Notes under the pieces: generated by a model
Database searches by the model: none
Told to the model about the DNA's origin: nothing
What the model saw: only the letters and a program-made list of their open reading frames with translations
NCBI GenBank assembly: GCA_963832745.1
Contig: CAWHVC010000003.1
Span: 768,001-832,000, forward strand
Length of the DNA stretch: 64,000 bases
Direction of reading: 5' to 3'
DNA from: Candidatus Bathyarchaeota archaeon
Lineage (GTDB): Archaea > Thermoproteota > Bathyarchaeia > Bathyarchaeales > Bathycorpusculaceae
In this document: positions 48,773 through 59,219 of the stretch, piece by piece
How positions within the stretch are numbered: position 1 is the first letter of the stretch
Layout of the letters: each line of letters opens with the position of its first letter
Position numbers and translations under genes: made by a program

Positions 48773-48930
48773 ACATTTACCTGTTGCCGTTTGATTAAGA
48801 CAACGTTTTTGTTTTTAAGGTTGTCTGTAGGATTGTTTGGATACAGATATAAATTCGTATTTGTATAGGTCAAACAAAACCTGCACGAACCACAAGCGTC
48901 AGGTAAATTGATGGTTAAAGGTGAATCTGG

Positions 48931-50008
48931 TTGGCGAAACGAATTCTTTGTACTGGTGCCGGCGGTCCAGCAGGCATAAACTTTGTAAAATCCCTAACAG
49001 TAGCCCCCGAAAAACTTCATATCGTAGGAACAGAAGCCAGTGAATATTATCTACACACAATGCCTGCTGACACCAAATATTTAGTGCCAAGAGCAAAAGA
49101 CCCCAGCTACATAGACCGCTTAAACGAGATAATTCGTAAAGAAAAAATCGATTTTCTGCACGCCCAACCAGATGTTGAAGTCGAAGTGGTTTCTGAGCAA
49201 AGAGAAAAACTGGAAGCCCCCGTGTTCTTGCCATCAAAACAAGCCGTGGCAGCCTGCCAAGACAAACTCGCTTCTGCTAACGCTTGGAAAAACAAGGGCA
49301 TACCAGTTGCCAAAACCATCGTTATTAAACAGGAAGCTGATATTGATCGTGCGTTTGCAGAGTTTGGTTCACCAATCTGGATACGTGCTACACGTGGCGC
49401 AGGCGGAAGGGGAAGCACACCCGCAAGCAACCGTGAAACAGCCGTTTCCTGGATAAACTATTGGCGAGCCCGCAATGTTGACTGGGAATTTATCGCCCAA
49501 GAAATGCTGCCAGGCCGAAACATCGCTTTCCACAGTTTATGGCAAAACGGGGAACTCGTCACTTCCATGGCACGTGAACGCCTCGAGTACATTTACTCTT
49601 ATCTGGCACCGTCAGGCATCATGGGAACACCAGCCGTGCAAAAAACGGTGCATGAGAACACAGTTAACAAAATCAGCACCGAAGCCGTCCTCGCCATTGA
49701 CCCCAACTTTACCGGCATTGCAAGCGTAGACCTAAAAGAGAACGCTAAAGGCGTGCCTTGTGTAACCGAAATCAACCCAGGACGCATGTTCACCACCTCG
49801 TTCTTCTTCAGTTACGCCAGCAAAGTCCTTCTTCAACGATTACCGCATCAACATCCCCTACCTCTACACCAAACTCGCCTACAAAGAAGCCTTGCCAAAA
49901 CTGGAAAAATACAATCCGCTCCCCGCCGACGTTTACTGGATACGTCACATGGACGCTCCAGCCCGCCTCGTAAAGGACAATAAAGTGTTGGGAGCAATGT
50001 ATCAGTAA
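48931..50008 (+). CDS. ATP-grasp domain protein, frameshift near 49830
   Basis: TGAGGPAG, DK, GAGGRG, QEMLPG, TEINPGR; the shifted frame continues FNDYRINIPYLY...YWIRHMD..YQ to TAA 50006-50008, abutting the next ATG. Confidence 0.8.
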
Positions 50009-50503
50009 ATGATTCGAGCCGTCGTTTTTGATTTAGACGGAACCCTTCTGGATTTACCCATCGATTACCCTCGTATGTTTGAGGAGTTCAAGCAGTTAAT
50101 GGGTGTTGATGAGGTTCGGCCTATTTTGAAAACGGTGGCACAAATCAAAGACCCCAAAGTGTTACAGCAGGTTTTTGATTGCTGGACTGGTTTTGAAGCG
50201 GAAATAATCGACAAAACCACCGTGCATGAGGAAGGCATGCAGCTTTACCGCCAACACGCCAGCTTGCTAAAAGCGCTGGTGACGATGCAAGGAAAAGAAA
50301 CCCTCCGCAAAATCTGTCAAAAGTTTGACCTGCAGTTTGATGCTGTTTTTACTCGTGAGGATTCTTTTAGTCGAGCAGAACAGCTGAAGATGGCAATTGC
50401 AAAGCTTGGCTTCAACCCGACAGACGTGTTGTTTGTCGGCAACATGGACAACGACGAGGCTGCAGCTAAACAAGTAGGTTGCCAATTCACCCGCGTAAAA
50501 TAA
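50009..50503 (+). CDS. HAD-family hydrolase
   Basis: FDLDGTL, VT, FVGNMDND. Confidence 0.88.
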   Translation: MIRAVVFDLDGTLLDLPIDYPRMFEEFKQLMGVDEVRPILKTVAQIKDPKVLQQVFDCWTGFEAEIIDKTTVHEEGMQLYRQHASLLKALVTMQGKETLRKICQKFDLQFDAVFTREDSFSRAEQLKMAIAKLGFNPTDVLFVGNMDNDEAAAKQVGCQFTRVK

Positions 50504-50507
50504 TAGG

Positions 50508-50905
50508 CTATTGGGGAATAACAGCGGTTGCGTCGATTTCAAGCAGCCATTCAGGATTACCTAAACCAGCTACAAAGACCACTGTTATAGCTGGAAGATT
50601 CTGGCTTGCCCATTTCTGTTGAAAAACCATAAAACCTTCAGCAGGGTTTTGTCCTACAAGAATGTAAATGTTGAATTTGACTACGTTTTCAAGTTTGCCG
50701 CCGGCCTTTTGCAGGATTTTTTCAATGTTGGATAAAACCTGTTCTGTTTGTTCTCGTAGGTTACCTTTGCCGATCAGTTCGCCAGTCTGGTTTATGGCGT
50801 TTTGTCCGCCTATGTAAACGGTTTTGTGGTTGCCGCTGACGCTAATGGCGTGTGAGTATCCTTTGGTGCCGCCATGGTTTCAGGGTTAATGGGTTCTATT
50901 GGCAT
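50508..50905 (-). pseudogene. RidA-family protein with two frameshifts
   Basis: pieces read MPIEPINP..PK / GYSHA...VYIGGQ...EQTEQVLSNI...VVKFNIY / LPAITVVFVAGL..PEWLLEIDATA; missed by the ORF track. Confidence 0.8.
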
Positions 50906-51000
50906 TTTGGAGCCTCTTGACTGTTTTCAAAACACGGACTATTAACTTTTGGGAAGACGCAAAAATAAGCTTAATCATTGAATAACGCGCTTCAACGATT

Positions 51001-51732
51001 TTATTTTTCTTTTTTCCGCTTTAATTTTGGATTGGCACTCATCAGTTTAAACGTGAAATATTCCCAACCGCGTTCATTTTTTACGCTTTTTAGAATCTGT
51101 TCTCTCTTGAACCCGTTTTTTCTTATCAACCGTTTAAAGTACGCTAAATCTCCAGAAGTTCCAAAAAACATTAACACTCGCCCATCGATAGTCAAGTAAT
51201 CTCTCACTTTTGCAAGAAAATTTTGCAGAGTCACGTACCCTTCATCGGCCGAACATATCTCCCAAACATCACGCGGTTTAGTCCATCTAAACGGCGGATC
51301 AAAAATCACCAAATCAAATTTGCCCTCAACATTCTCAAACAAGTTGCTTTCAAGCACTTTCACCCTCGAAGACAAACCGTTCAATTCAACATTCCTCCTG
51401 GCGCAATCCACTGCGAAAGGATTCAAATCAACTGCAGTAACATCTTGCGATTTAGAAGCAGCAAAAATAGCTTGAACACCACTACCCGTACCCATGTCTA
51501 AAATTCTGTCGGTCTCCTTAACTTCCATTAGAACGGTTTGAGCAAGCAAGTTCCATTTCCAATCAGTCGGAGGCAAGAAAACGTTTTGGGGCACTACTAA
51601 TTTTATTCCATGAAGTTCAACCGAAGTATCACCAGTTCTTAGATGCTCTTGATAACATCTATCCTGATGTGCAATCCGTCGTTTCTTATCTTCTTCTGAT
51701 AACGTTGAGTCATAAGTCATTAACAAAGGCAC
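51001..51732 (-). CDS. SAM-dependent methyltransferase (HemK2/PrmC-like)
   Basis: LDMGTGSG, DLNPFA, SNLF, FDLVIFDPPF. Confidence 0.88.
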   Translation of the reverse strand: MPLLMTYDSTLSEEDKKRRIAHQDRCYQEHLRTGDTSVELHGIKLVVPQNVFLPPTDWKWNLLAQTVLMEVKETDRILDMGTGSGVQAIFAASKSQDVTAVDLNPFAVDCARRNVELNGLSSRVKVLESNLFENVEGKFDLVIFDPPFRWTKPRDVWEICSADEGYVTLQNFLAKVRDYLTIDGRVLMFFGTSGDLAYFKRLIRKNGFKREQILKSVKNERGWEYFTFKLMSANPKLKRKKEK

Positions 51733-51737
51733 CTTTC

Positions 51738-52290
51738 TTATTTTTTCCAGTCTTTTTCAAGGATTGCATAATTAAGTTCATCATGCCATTCCCCTTTGCA
51801 GTACATATTCTCTCTAAAATGGCCTTCATATTTCAGTCCAATCTTTTCCAAAACATGCGCAGACACCAATTTGCTGGGTCGCAGGTGGCAAATATTCGAT
51901 GCAAATTGAGCTTGTTAAAGCCAAATTCAAGAAGCGCCCGCGCTGTTTCAGTTGCGTATCCTTGACCCCAAAACTGGCGGTTTAAACAATAACCAATGTA
52001 CCCTCTCGGTTTTCAATATTCGATAAATATATCGCCGCAAGATCCGATAAGCCTACTCAGGTCACGAACCACAATAGCTAGCGAATAACGCATCCGAGGT
52101 TTCTCACCTGATAGCCAATAGATCTCTGAATAAATCGGTGCGTTTCTTCTTCCGTATTAGGACCCCAATTCATAAAACGAGCAACCATAGGGTCAGAACC
52201 AAACTCATGCACCTCAGCTCAATCGACTCCAAAAATCTCGCAGATCAAGCGTGCAGTATGAAGAATGAGAGGATTTTGAGAATTTCCTTG
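51738..52290 (-). pseudogene. RimJ/RimL-type GNAT acetyltransferase, multiply frameshifted; 5' end approximate
   Basis: fragments MNWGPNTEEET, IGYCLNRQFWGQGYATE.A.ALLEFGF..LNLHRIFATCD, VLEKIG..YEGHFRE..KGEWHD..YAIL. Confidence 0.75.
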
Positions 52291-52475
52291 TCAAGTACCA
52301 TACGGTGTTAAATACTGACAATAACTAAATAATATTTTCGAGTTTTTCGCTTGCATAGTATTCAATAAATCAGACAATAACGAAATAGTAGAGTTGAATC
52401 ATTTGAAGTGTTGTAAAATCGAAGTTTTTAAGAGCTTAACAAGCATTAATTCCAAGCAAGGGCACGTATGATACA

Positions 52476-52655
52476 ATGGACAAGTTACCCTACTTGAGTT
52501 TGACGGCGACCAGGCAGCATTAATTGAACCTTCTAATTCTAAAGATTGCCACCTGTCAGAACACTGCGTTATAGTTTTCTACAACTCGGTCATTCAAAGG
52601 CTAAAGCAAGATCAAATGCTTGAAAAAAATTTACGAAATCAAGTCCGTGCTTCAG
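52476..52655 (+). pseudogene. 5' fragment resembling a nucleoside phosphorylase-family gene
   Basis: LLEFDGDQAALIEP....LSEHCVIVFYNSVI resembles the N-terminus of uridine phosphorylase-like proteins; frameshifted and truncated. Confidence 0.4.
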
Positions 52656-52951
52656 ATGACCAGATTTTCAAAGCTGACGAAAAGGTTTCGCGGGTTTTTG
52701 AGTACGAAGCTGTTGAGGCGGGCTCGTACGTTCTGGATGCGCATTACCGCATCGTGGTTAACGACGTTTCAATTCAATAAAATAGATGACATAATAAAAG
52801 TAAGATAAGATAGCGGAAGTCTGCCGCGCAACCCCCCCAACCAATTGTTTTTAAAAGAAGCTCTGCTAACTTTTTTCAGTTTGTGGCAGTTTGCACAACC
52901 AGCCTGCAGTTCAAGTTAAGTTTAGAAAGCAATAATCAGCAAGCAGCATGA

Positions 52952-53002
52952 CCTGTTGGTTGTTGTGCTAAGGGGGTCTGTGGCAACAACTTCTAAACAA
53001 AA
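52952..53002 (-). repeat. dispersed repeat family 3 (hairpin) copy
   Basis: gttgttg-N18-caacaac hairpin; reverse complement matches 39816-39864. Confidence 0.75.
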
Positions 53003-53087
53003 AAACAAGCAGGCAATTTATAGGAAGGCTTAAGAATAAAGCTTAACCATGAATTGACAATCGCATTCAACGGGAATTGACACAAAA

Positions 53088-53899
53088 ATGAACGTATGTG
53101 TTATTGGTCTTGGACAAATCGGTTTTCCAGTTGCAAAATACATTGCCGCTAAAGGTTTTGACGTTTACGGTTTTGACATTAACCCAGCCGCGGTTGAACA
53201 CGGCATCCAAAACGGAAAATTCAAAGCAACCACAGAGTGGAACCAAATCCCAAAAGCCGACGCTTACATAATCTGTGTCACAACAAGCCAAGTCAACAAT
53301 CAAGCTGAATTGACTGCGGTTTTTGAGGTCTGCAAAAAAGTTGCTGAAAAAGCTGACTCAAACACTCTGGTTGCTATTGAAAGCACTATTTTGCCTGGAA
53401 CTTCAAAAAAGATTTTCCAAGAAATCTTTAATGACAAAGTACAGCTTGTTCATGCCCCGCACCGTTACTGGGCGGACCAAGAAGACAAATACGGCGTAAA
53501 CCAAGTTCGTGTAATCGGCGGCGTTAACCAACAAAGCCTTGATGCAGGCATGAAATTCTATAAAGACCAACTTGGCATTCCAATGCACACTGTCTCCACG
53601 GTTGAAGTTGCGGAAATGTGCAAAATCATCGAAAACAGTCACCGTTACCTGCAAATCGCTTTTGCAGAAGACCTGAAAATGATGTGCAGCCGTATAGGCA
53701 TGAACTTTGATGAGTTGCGGGGAGCTATGAATACCAAATGGAACGTTGATTTGCCTGAGGCACGCGATGGCATTGGTAGACATTGCTTGCCAAAAGACAT
53801 ACGTTATGTTACTTCTTTGACTCCAAGCATCCTGCTGATGCAGCGATGGATGCTGACAAACAGTACCGTGAATGGTTAGCTAAACAGCCAAAGAAGTAG
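53088..53899 (+). CDS. short UDP-sugar dehydrogenase family protein, frameshift near 53835
   Basis: IGLGQIG, CVTT, ESTILPGT, AEMCKIIENS.R, GIGRHCLPKD; the shifted frame ends DAAMDADKQYREWLAKQPKK. Confidence 0.82.
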
Positions 53900-53974
53900 T
53901 GATAAGTGTTTAGTCTTCTTTAGAACAACACCTCTTCTACCCCTTTTGAAAGCCTTGTTTTTTGCTTCTTTTTT

Positions 53975-54038
53975 CATTTAGAGCTTGTAACGCTTGCAGG
54001 CGGCGTAAAAGAAAGTCGGTAAGCGTCAATAAGCGTCA
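53975..54038 (+). repeat. dispersed repeat family 2 copy
   Basis: aagtcggt-aagcgtcaat-aagcgtca 10-bp units; similar to 19518-19581. Confidence 0.65.
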
Positions 54039-54141
54039 GCTAAAACCGGTTCACGGGGCAGTCATGTGTTGACTTTAACAGCCAAGTTTCTGTAAAGATA
54101 AACCTTTAATGCCAAACACTTCCTTTCCTACTTTAACACGT

Positions 54142-55177
54142 ATGTCCGACCACGTCTGGTTAGACACTGTTACACCTAAAATCAGCATAGCGATTAACAG
54201 TTTACTACCTATCTTACATAACAAAGGCTATTCTACGCTCGTTACAGCTAAAAGGCAAACTCAAACAACTGACATGCTCGATGCGCTTAAAAGTGTCCTA
54301 TGAAATCGTCGGTGAATACGGAACTACCCTAAAAGAAAAATTCGTTGCCGAGCAAAAACGTACGTTAGAGTTTTTGGACCTTTTTGATAGAATCGGCTAC
54401 CCTGAAGTGCTCTGGACACACGGGGATGTTTCAGCCATCCGTACAGCGTTTGGGCTAAGAATCCCTGTGGTTTACGCTAACGACACCGTTTTCGCTTACG
54501 CAGTCGCCAAACTGGCTTGCCCCTTAGTTGATTATCTTGTAACGCCCAAATGTTTTGGCAAGTCATGGAGCAGATTCGGCATCTCCAAAAACCGCATAGT
54601 CCAGTATGATGGGCTCGAAGAGTTGGCGTATGTTGGTTCAGAATTTGAAAAACCAGCCTTCCTTGAAGAATTGATTGGTAAGAAGAAACCGGTGATTCTG
54701 TTCCGTGACGCAGAATACCAAGCCGTCTACTGCAAAGACGTTAAGGTAGAGTCAGAAAAATTATTACAGGAACTTGCCAAGTTGGGCACAGTTGTTTGCC
54801 TGCCACGGTATGAGTGGGAACGGGCTAAACTTAAGGAGATTCCTAACGTTTGGGTTTCACCCAAGCCAGTCTTAACGGCACAGCTTATGCCTTACATTGA
54901 TTTGATGGTTGGCAGCGGCGGAACAGCCTGCCGAGAAACAGCACTCTGCGGAATCCCAACAATAAACTTCCACTTCTGGGACGTCCAAGCACGTTACCTG
55001 CGCAAGAAAGGCTTCCCAATCCAGATTATCCGTAACACCAACCGCATAATTGCAGTTGCAAAGAAACTGTTATCTAACCCACAAAAAACGGACACCAAAC
55101 AAACTCTAAGCAAGCTTGAATCTCCGATACCTGTCTGGGAAAAATATGTTGAAGAATGTATGAAGTCAAAGCTTTGA
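54142..55177 (+). CDS. DUF354-family GT-B-like protein, frameshift at AAAA 54289-54292
   Basis: VWLDTVTPK ... LDALK/VSYEIVGEYG..LKEK, YDGLEE, GSGGTACRETALCGIPT. Confidence 0.8.
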
Positions 55178-56059
55178 AGCGAATTTTCCCGCTTTTAAAT
55201 AGCCCTTCATGTAATAGAAACGGACCAGCGGATGAATAACTGCCACTGTTGCCTCCCTTGTCTTATACGCAACAAACAGGCCGGTGAAGGGCGAGATTAT
55301 GAAACGGTAAATTATTCCAAACTTTGTTATTGGCGGTGGTTGATGAGTTTCTTGCTCGATTCGGCTCCAGATTTCGTGCACTTGAGTGCCATACCAGTAT
55401 TGATGGCTTAATTCATGCTTTAGGTCGCTTCGCATGTGAACTGACTGTATGTTGTAGTCGACTATCCAACCGTACCCTGCCTTGTTAAGTCTGTAAGCCA
55501 AGGTTGTATCTACACCAGCGTTAACTTTAATTTTTGGGAAACCGCCAATTTTGCGTACAACCTCAGTCTTGTAAATAGTATTATCAAGTGTGCTTCCTAA
55601 AGTGAAAGCAGCCTTCTGCCTACCACGCAGCCAAGCGGCTAAAGCTGCTTCTCCACGGTATTTGCGTGCTACATACTTCTGGAGGGCTCTAACTCCGGGC
55701 GGTTTGTCTGCAAAACGCATGCCAGAAGCGGCGCCAACTGATTCGTGCTCAAGATAAGCTGGAACCTTGCTCCACCAGTCTTTAGATAAAAGTAAATCCT
55801 GCTCAAAACTAACAAAATATTCGGTTTCCACGTTTTTTAAGGCGGTGTTTGCGCCGTCGCTGATGCCTTTTCCTTCATTAAAGATTACTGTCCAACCGTG
55901 GGCTACAGCTATTTCACGTGTGTTGTCTGTGCTTTGGTCATCAACAATCAAACGTTTATTCACACATTCGGGCGGAATAACAGCGTTGATACGTTTCAAG
56001 ACGATCGGTAGCGTTTTTGCGCCGTTTTTTGTCCACATTACTAAGTCGACTTTGCCCAT
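55166..56059 (-). CDS. glycosyltransferase family 2
   Basis: VMWTKN, IVDDQSTDNT, FEQD, IGGFP; start at ATG 56059. Confidence 0.88.
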   Translation of the reverse strand: MGKVDLVMWTKNGAKTLPIVLKRINAVIPPECVNKRLIVDDQSTDNTREIAVAHGWTVIFNEGKGISDGANTALKNVETEYFVSFEQDLLLSKDWWSKVPAYLEHESVGAASGMRFADKPPGVRALQKYVARKYRGEAALAAWLRGRQKAAFTLGSTLDNTIYKTEVVRKIGGFPKIKVNAGVDTTLAYRLNKAGYGWIVDYNIQSVHMRSDLKHELSHQYWYGTQVHEIWSRIEQETHQPPPITKFGIIYRFIISPFTGLFVAYKTREATVAVIHPLVRFYYMKGYLKAGKFASKL

Positions 56060-56128
56060 CAAGAGTAACCCCAGTACTTTTAATAAGACGGTTAATAAAA
56101 ATGCTATCACTAACCAAAGGGGAACCTG

Positions 56129-57112
56129 ATGCAGCAAATTGAGCCTAAAGTCAGCGTGGTTGTTCTCAACTATAACGGCGCAAACTATGTCAGAGGGTGC
56201 CTTGAATCACTATTCAAAAATGACTACGGTAACTTTGAGGTAATTTTTGTTGATAACAATTCCCCTGACAAAAGCGTCGAGATAGCCAAAAAACTGTTTA
56301 AAAATGAGCGTCGCTTAAAAATTATTGAAAATAAAGAAAACTATGGCTTCTCAATAGGAAACAACATAGGCTTCAAAGCTTCAGACGCAAAATATGTGCT
56401 CTCATTAAATAATGACACTAAAGTCCAAGAAAATTTTATCAGAACAATGGTTAACGTGGCTGAAGCAGACGAGAAAGTTGGAAGTGTAGGCTGCAAAATT
56501 GTCCAGTTAGATGGCGTTATCAGTTACGGACCAAAATACATGAACTACGGCTTTATCACTAGTGCTTTAAACAGGCAGTCATACGAAAAGGAAACCTGCA
56601 ACATAGCTAACTGTGGATGTGCTACTCTTTTCAGAAAATCTTTACTGGATAAAATCGGCGGTTTTGACCCTTACTTATGGACCGACTGGGAAGACCACGA
56701 TTTAGGTTACCGAATAAACATAGCAGGCTACAAATGTCTCTACACGCCTAAGACGACAGTGCTTCATCTTGGCGGCGGAAACTATCTGGGAATGAGTCCA
56801 GAAAGAAGAAGCCGAATAATAAGAAACAAACTCCTTGGACACTACAAGAACTATGAAACCAAAAATCTGTTTGCACGGTTTCCACTGGTGACACTTAAAA
56901 CTTTAACGTGGGATAGTTTGCCTTTACTTAAGGAAGGAAAAATTTCAGCCGTGATTAAGGCAGTGGCTGGATTTTATGTTCTTTTAGAGCCAATTTCAAA
57001 AGAAAGAGCAAAAATTCAAAAGCAAAGAGTTGTCTCGGATAAAGAGATTTTTAAGAAGTGCCGTGTGCCTGAAAGACAATCCTTCCTCTTCAAAACTCTA
57101 AAGAAACTTTAG
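56129..57112 (+). CDS. glycosyltransferase family 2
   Basis: VSVVVLNYNG, VDNNSPD, NYGFSIGNN.G, LNNDT, GGFD, EDHDL. Confidence 0.92.
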   Translation: MQQIEPKVSVVVLNYNGANYVRGCLESLFKNDYGNFEVIFVDNNSPDKSVEIAKKLFKNERRLKIIENKENYGFSIGNNIGFKASDAKYVLSLNNDTKVQENFIRTMVNVAEADEKVGSVGCKIVQLDGVISYGPKYMNYGFITSALNRQSYEKETCNIANCGCATLFRKSLLDKIGGFDPYLWTDWEDHDLGYRINIAGYKCLYTPKTTVLHLGGGNYLGMSPERRSRIIRNKLLGHYKNYETKNLFARFPLVTLKTLTWDSLPLLKEGKISAVIKAVAGFYVLLEPISKERAKIQKQRVVSDKEIFKKCRVPERQSFLFKTLKKL

Positions 57113-57114
57113 GG

Positions 57115-58095
57115 TTAAGCTATTTCTTTTCCTTTAAACCCAGTAAAGAGGCTTACAAAGTAACCGTAAGAGACGGCGATGCCACATGGTGAATAATACA
57201 AGAACGCAACCAGTCCCCATGTTCGGTGCCTTTTAGACCGCCAAACATGATAACACAAGTTAAACAACACATAAGCAACCGCAAAAACGGTTGCAGTCAA
57301 CCATGGAACAAGGGCGAAAGCAAAATTTACCAGCCAAAGCACGATTATTATGGGCAGGGCAAAATAGTAAAGGATTCTAAACAGGTGCGCTTTTGAACCA
57401 GCCCTTATCAATTCTCGATACAGGAAAGGTTGACTGGAGTAACACCATTTTAGCCTGCCACGATAATCCCGCAGTATAGTGCTGAAGCTTGATTTTTTTT
57501 CTTTCTTGAGGTGCAAGCAGGGGGTTGAACCGTCAAACTTGATTTGGTACCCAAAGTTTCGTGCTCTTGAGAAAAAGTCGGTGTCCTCGTTAACCTTGAG
57601 TTTCTCGTTAAATGTGCCGGCTTTCTGGAATACTTCTCGTTTTATTGCGGTAAAACCCATGCCGCCCAGCACGGTTTCAGACTGCATTATCCGCTCGTAC
57701 AGCGAAGGGGTCTCTGTAAAATACGGAAAACCAGCGATTGCGGCTGAACCGTCAATCATTTTTAGAACGCGAGTTAACGCTTCTGGGTCAGGCGCGATTA
57801 CGTCTGAATCCCAAAAGAAAATCACGTTGCCTTCCATATGGGTGATGCACAGGTTTCTTGCATTGGAAATGTAACCGTTTGATTCAGCTTTTAGGAGGTC
57901 AAAACCGAAATATTCACTGCCGTATTGTTCTTTCCAGCTTAAAAGTTTCTCGTAGGTTCCATCGTTGCTTTCGTCTATGATTACTATTTTGGTTTTGTTT
58001 TTTGGGTAGGCTTGAGTGTAAATTGAGGATAGGACTCTGTTAATGTAAAGAAGCCGGTTTCTTGTAGGTATAGCGATTGTAATGAGTCCATCCAA
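57115..58095 (-). CDS. glycosyltransferase family 2 with C-terminal TMs
   Basis: IAIPTRNR, IDESNDGT, ARN, WDSD, NEDTDF. Confidence 0.9.
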   Translation of the reverse strand: MDGLITIAIPTRNRLLYINRVLSSIYTQAYPKNKTKIVIIDESNDGTYEKLLSWKEQYGSEYFGFDLLKAESNGYISNARNLCITHMEGNVIFFWDSDVIAPDPEALTRVLKMIDGSAAIAGFPYFTETPSLYERIMQSETVLGGMGFTAIKREVFQKAGTFNEKLKVNEDTDFFSRARNFGYQIKFDGSTPCLHLKKEKKSSFSTILRDYRGRLKWCYSSQPFLYRELIRAGSKAHLFRILYYFALPIIIVLWLVNFAFALVPWLTATVFAVAYVLFNLCYHVWRSKRHRTWGLVAFLYYSPCGIAVSYGYFVSLFTGFKGKEIA

Positions 58096-58144
58096 TTAGT
58101 ATCACTCCAGTTAAATCCTCGTAATTGGTATTTTTAGATTTAGT

Positions 58145-59089
58145 TTAGGATTGATTTGTTAAGGGTTTCTTTAGAAAACAAATTTGCTGATTTCGTTTTC
58201 GGTATATTTTTGAAAACTCTCTTAGTCCTGCAATATTACCTTTTACATAAGAAGGAACAAGGCTTAACTTCTTGTTTCTGGCAAATTTGTACAGTTTTCT
58301 GCTCACCTTTTTTGGCTGCTTTAAGATAAACCGTAGCAGTATCTTTGCGGGCTGATTCTTTATTTTGTAATAGTATTGATTGCGCTCTAACAAGTAAGTC
58401 TTGAACGGTGAATCAGTCACAGCAGTAGCTGAACCATAATGATAAACTACAGCAGAAGGCACAAACATGCATTTCCAACCTGCCTTCTTTAACCGTAAAG
58501 CCACATCCACGTCCTCGTAGAAAGCAAAAAAGTCAGGGTCAAAACCGCCTATTTGCTCAATAGCACTTCGACGATAAAGAACCGACGCTGAACAGGCACC
58601 TAACAATTCTTTGGGCTTACTATATTGGCCTGTATCTTTTTCTTGAACGCCTAACTGGTAAGCGTCGCCTTCCCAATTCAAAGCTAAACCAACCGTGTCA
58701 ATTGTCTGGGGATTTTGCATCGAAAGAATTTTGGGTTGACAAGAACCTATGCGTTGGTTGGATTCAGCCATTTTTATTAATTCGCTTAACCAATTTTGGT
58801 CCACTGTTGTGTCGTTGTTTAAAGCTATAACATACTTGCTTTTTGAATTCTCTATACCAGCGTTCATACCAACGCTATAACCAAGATTTTTTGGCAACTG
58901 GACAATTTTGACTTCTGGAAAATTTTTTTGAACAAAACCCACTGACTCATCAACTGAGCCGTTATCGACCAAAACAACTTCGAAATCATGGTACCTCTGG
59001 TTTTTAAGTGAGTTTAGGCAACCTGTGAGATGCTTTTTCCCGTTCCAGTTAACAATAATTATAGTTACCATGGGTTTGTTCAAAGGCAT
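58145..59089 (-). CDS. glycosyltransferase family 2
   Basis: IIVNWNG, VDNGSVD, LNNDT, GGFDPDFFAFYEDVD. Confidence 0.92.
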   Translation of the reverse strand: MPLNKPMVTIIIVNWNGKKHLTGCLNSLKNQRYHDFEVVLVDNGSVDESVGFVQKNFPEVKIVQLPKNLGYSVGMNAGIENSKSKYVIALNNDTTVDQNWLSELIKMAESNQRIGSCQPKILSMQNPQTIDTVGLALNWEGDAYQLGVQEKDTGQYSKPKELLGACSASVLYRRSAIEQIGGFDPDFFAFYEDVDVALRLKKAGWKCMFVPSAVVYHYGSATAVTDSPFKTYLLERNQYYYKIKNQPAKILLRFILKQPKKVSRKLYKFARNKKLSLVPSYVKGNIAGLREFSKIYRKRNQQICFLKKPLTNQS

Positions 59090-59219
59090 CCCTTGTTTTA
59101 GTATAAGCTCGTAGTTATTTCATTTTCTATTTAACTGTTTATTAGCCTCAAAATTGGGTTTTCGTTAAACACATTATTTATTATCAAAGACAACGTTCAC
59201 TTATGGCAATTGAGATACC

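Noticed and set aside
54281-54300. Programmed frameshift or phase variation in the DUF354 gene
   Set aside because: The run is only four A and lies among many other indels; error or decay is more likely.
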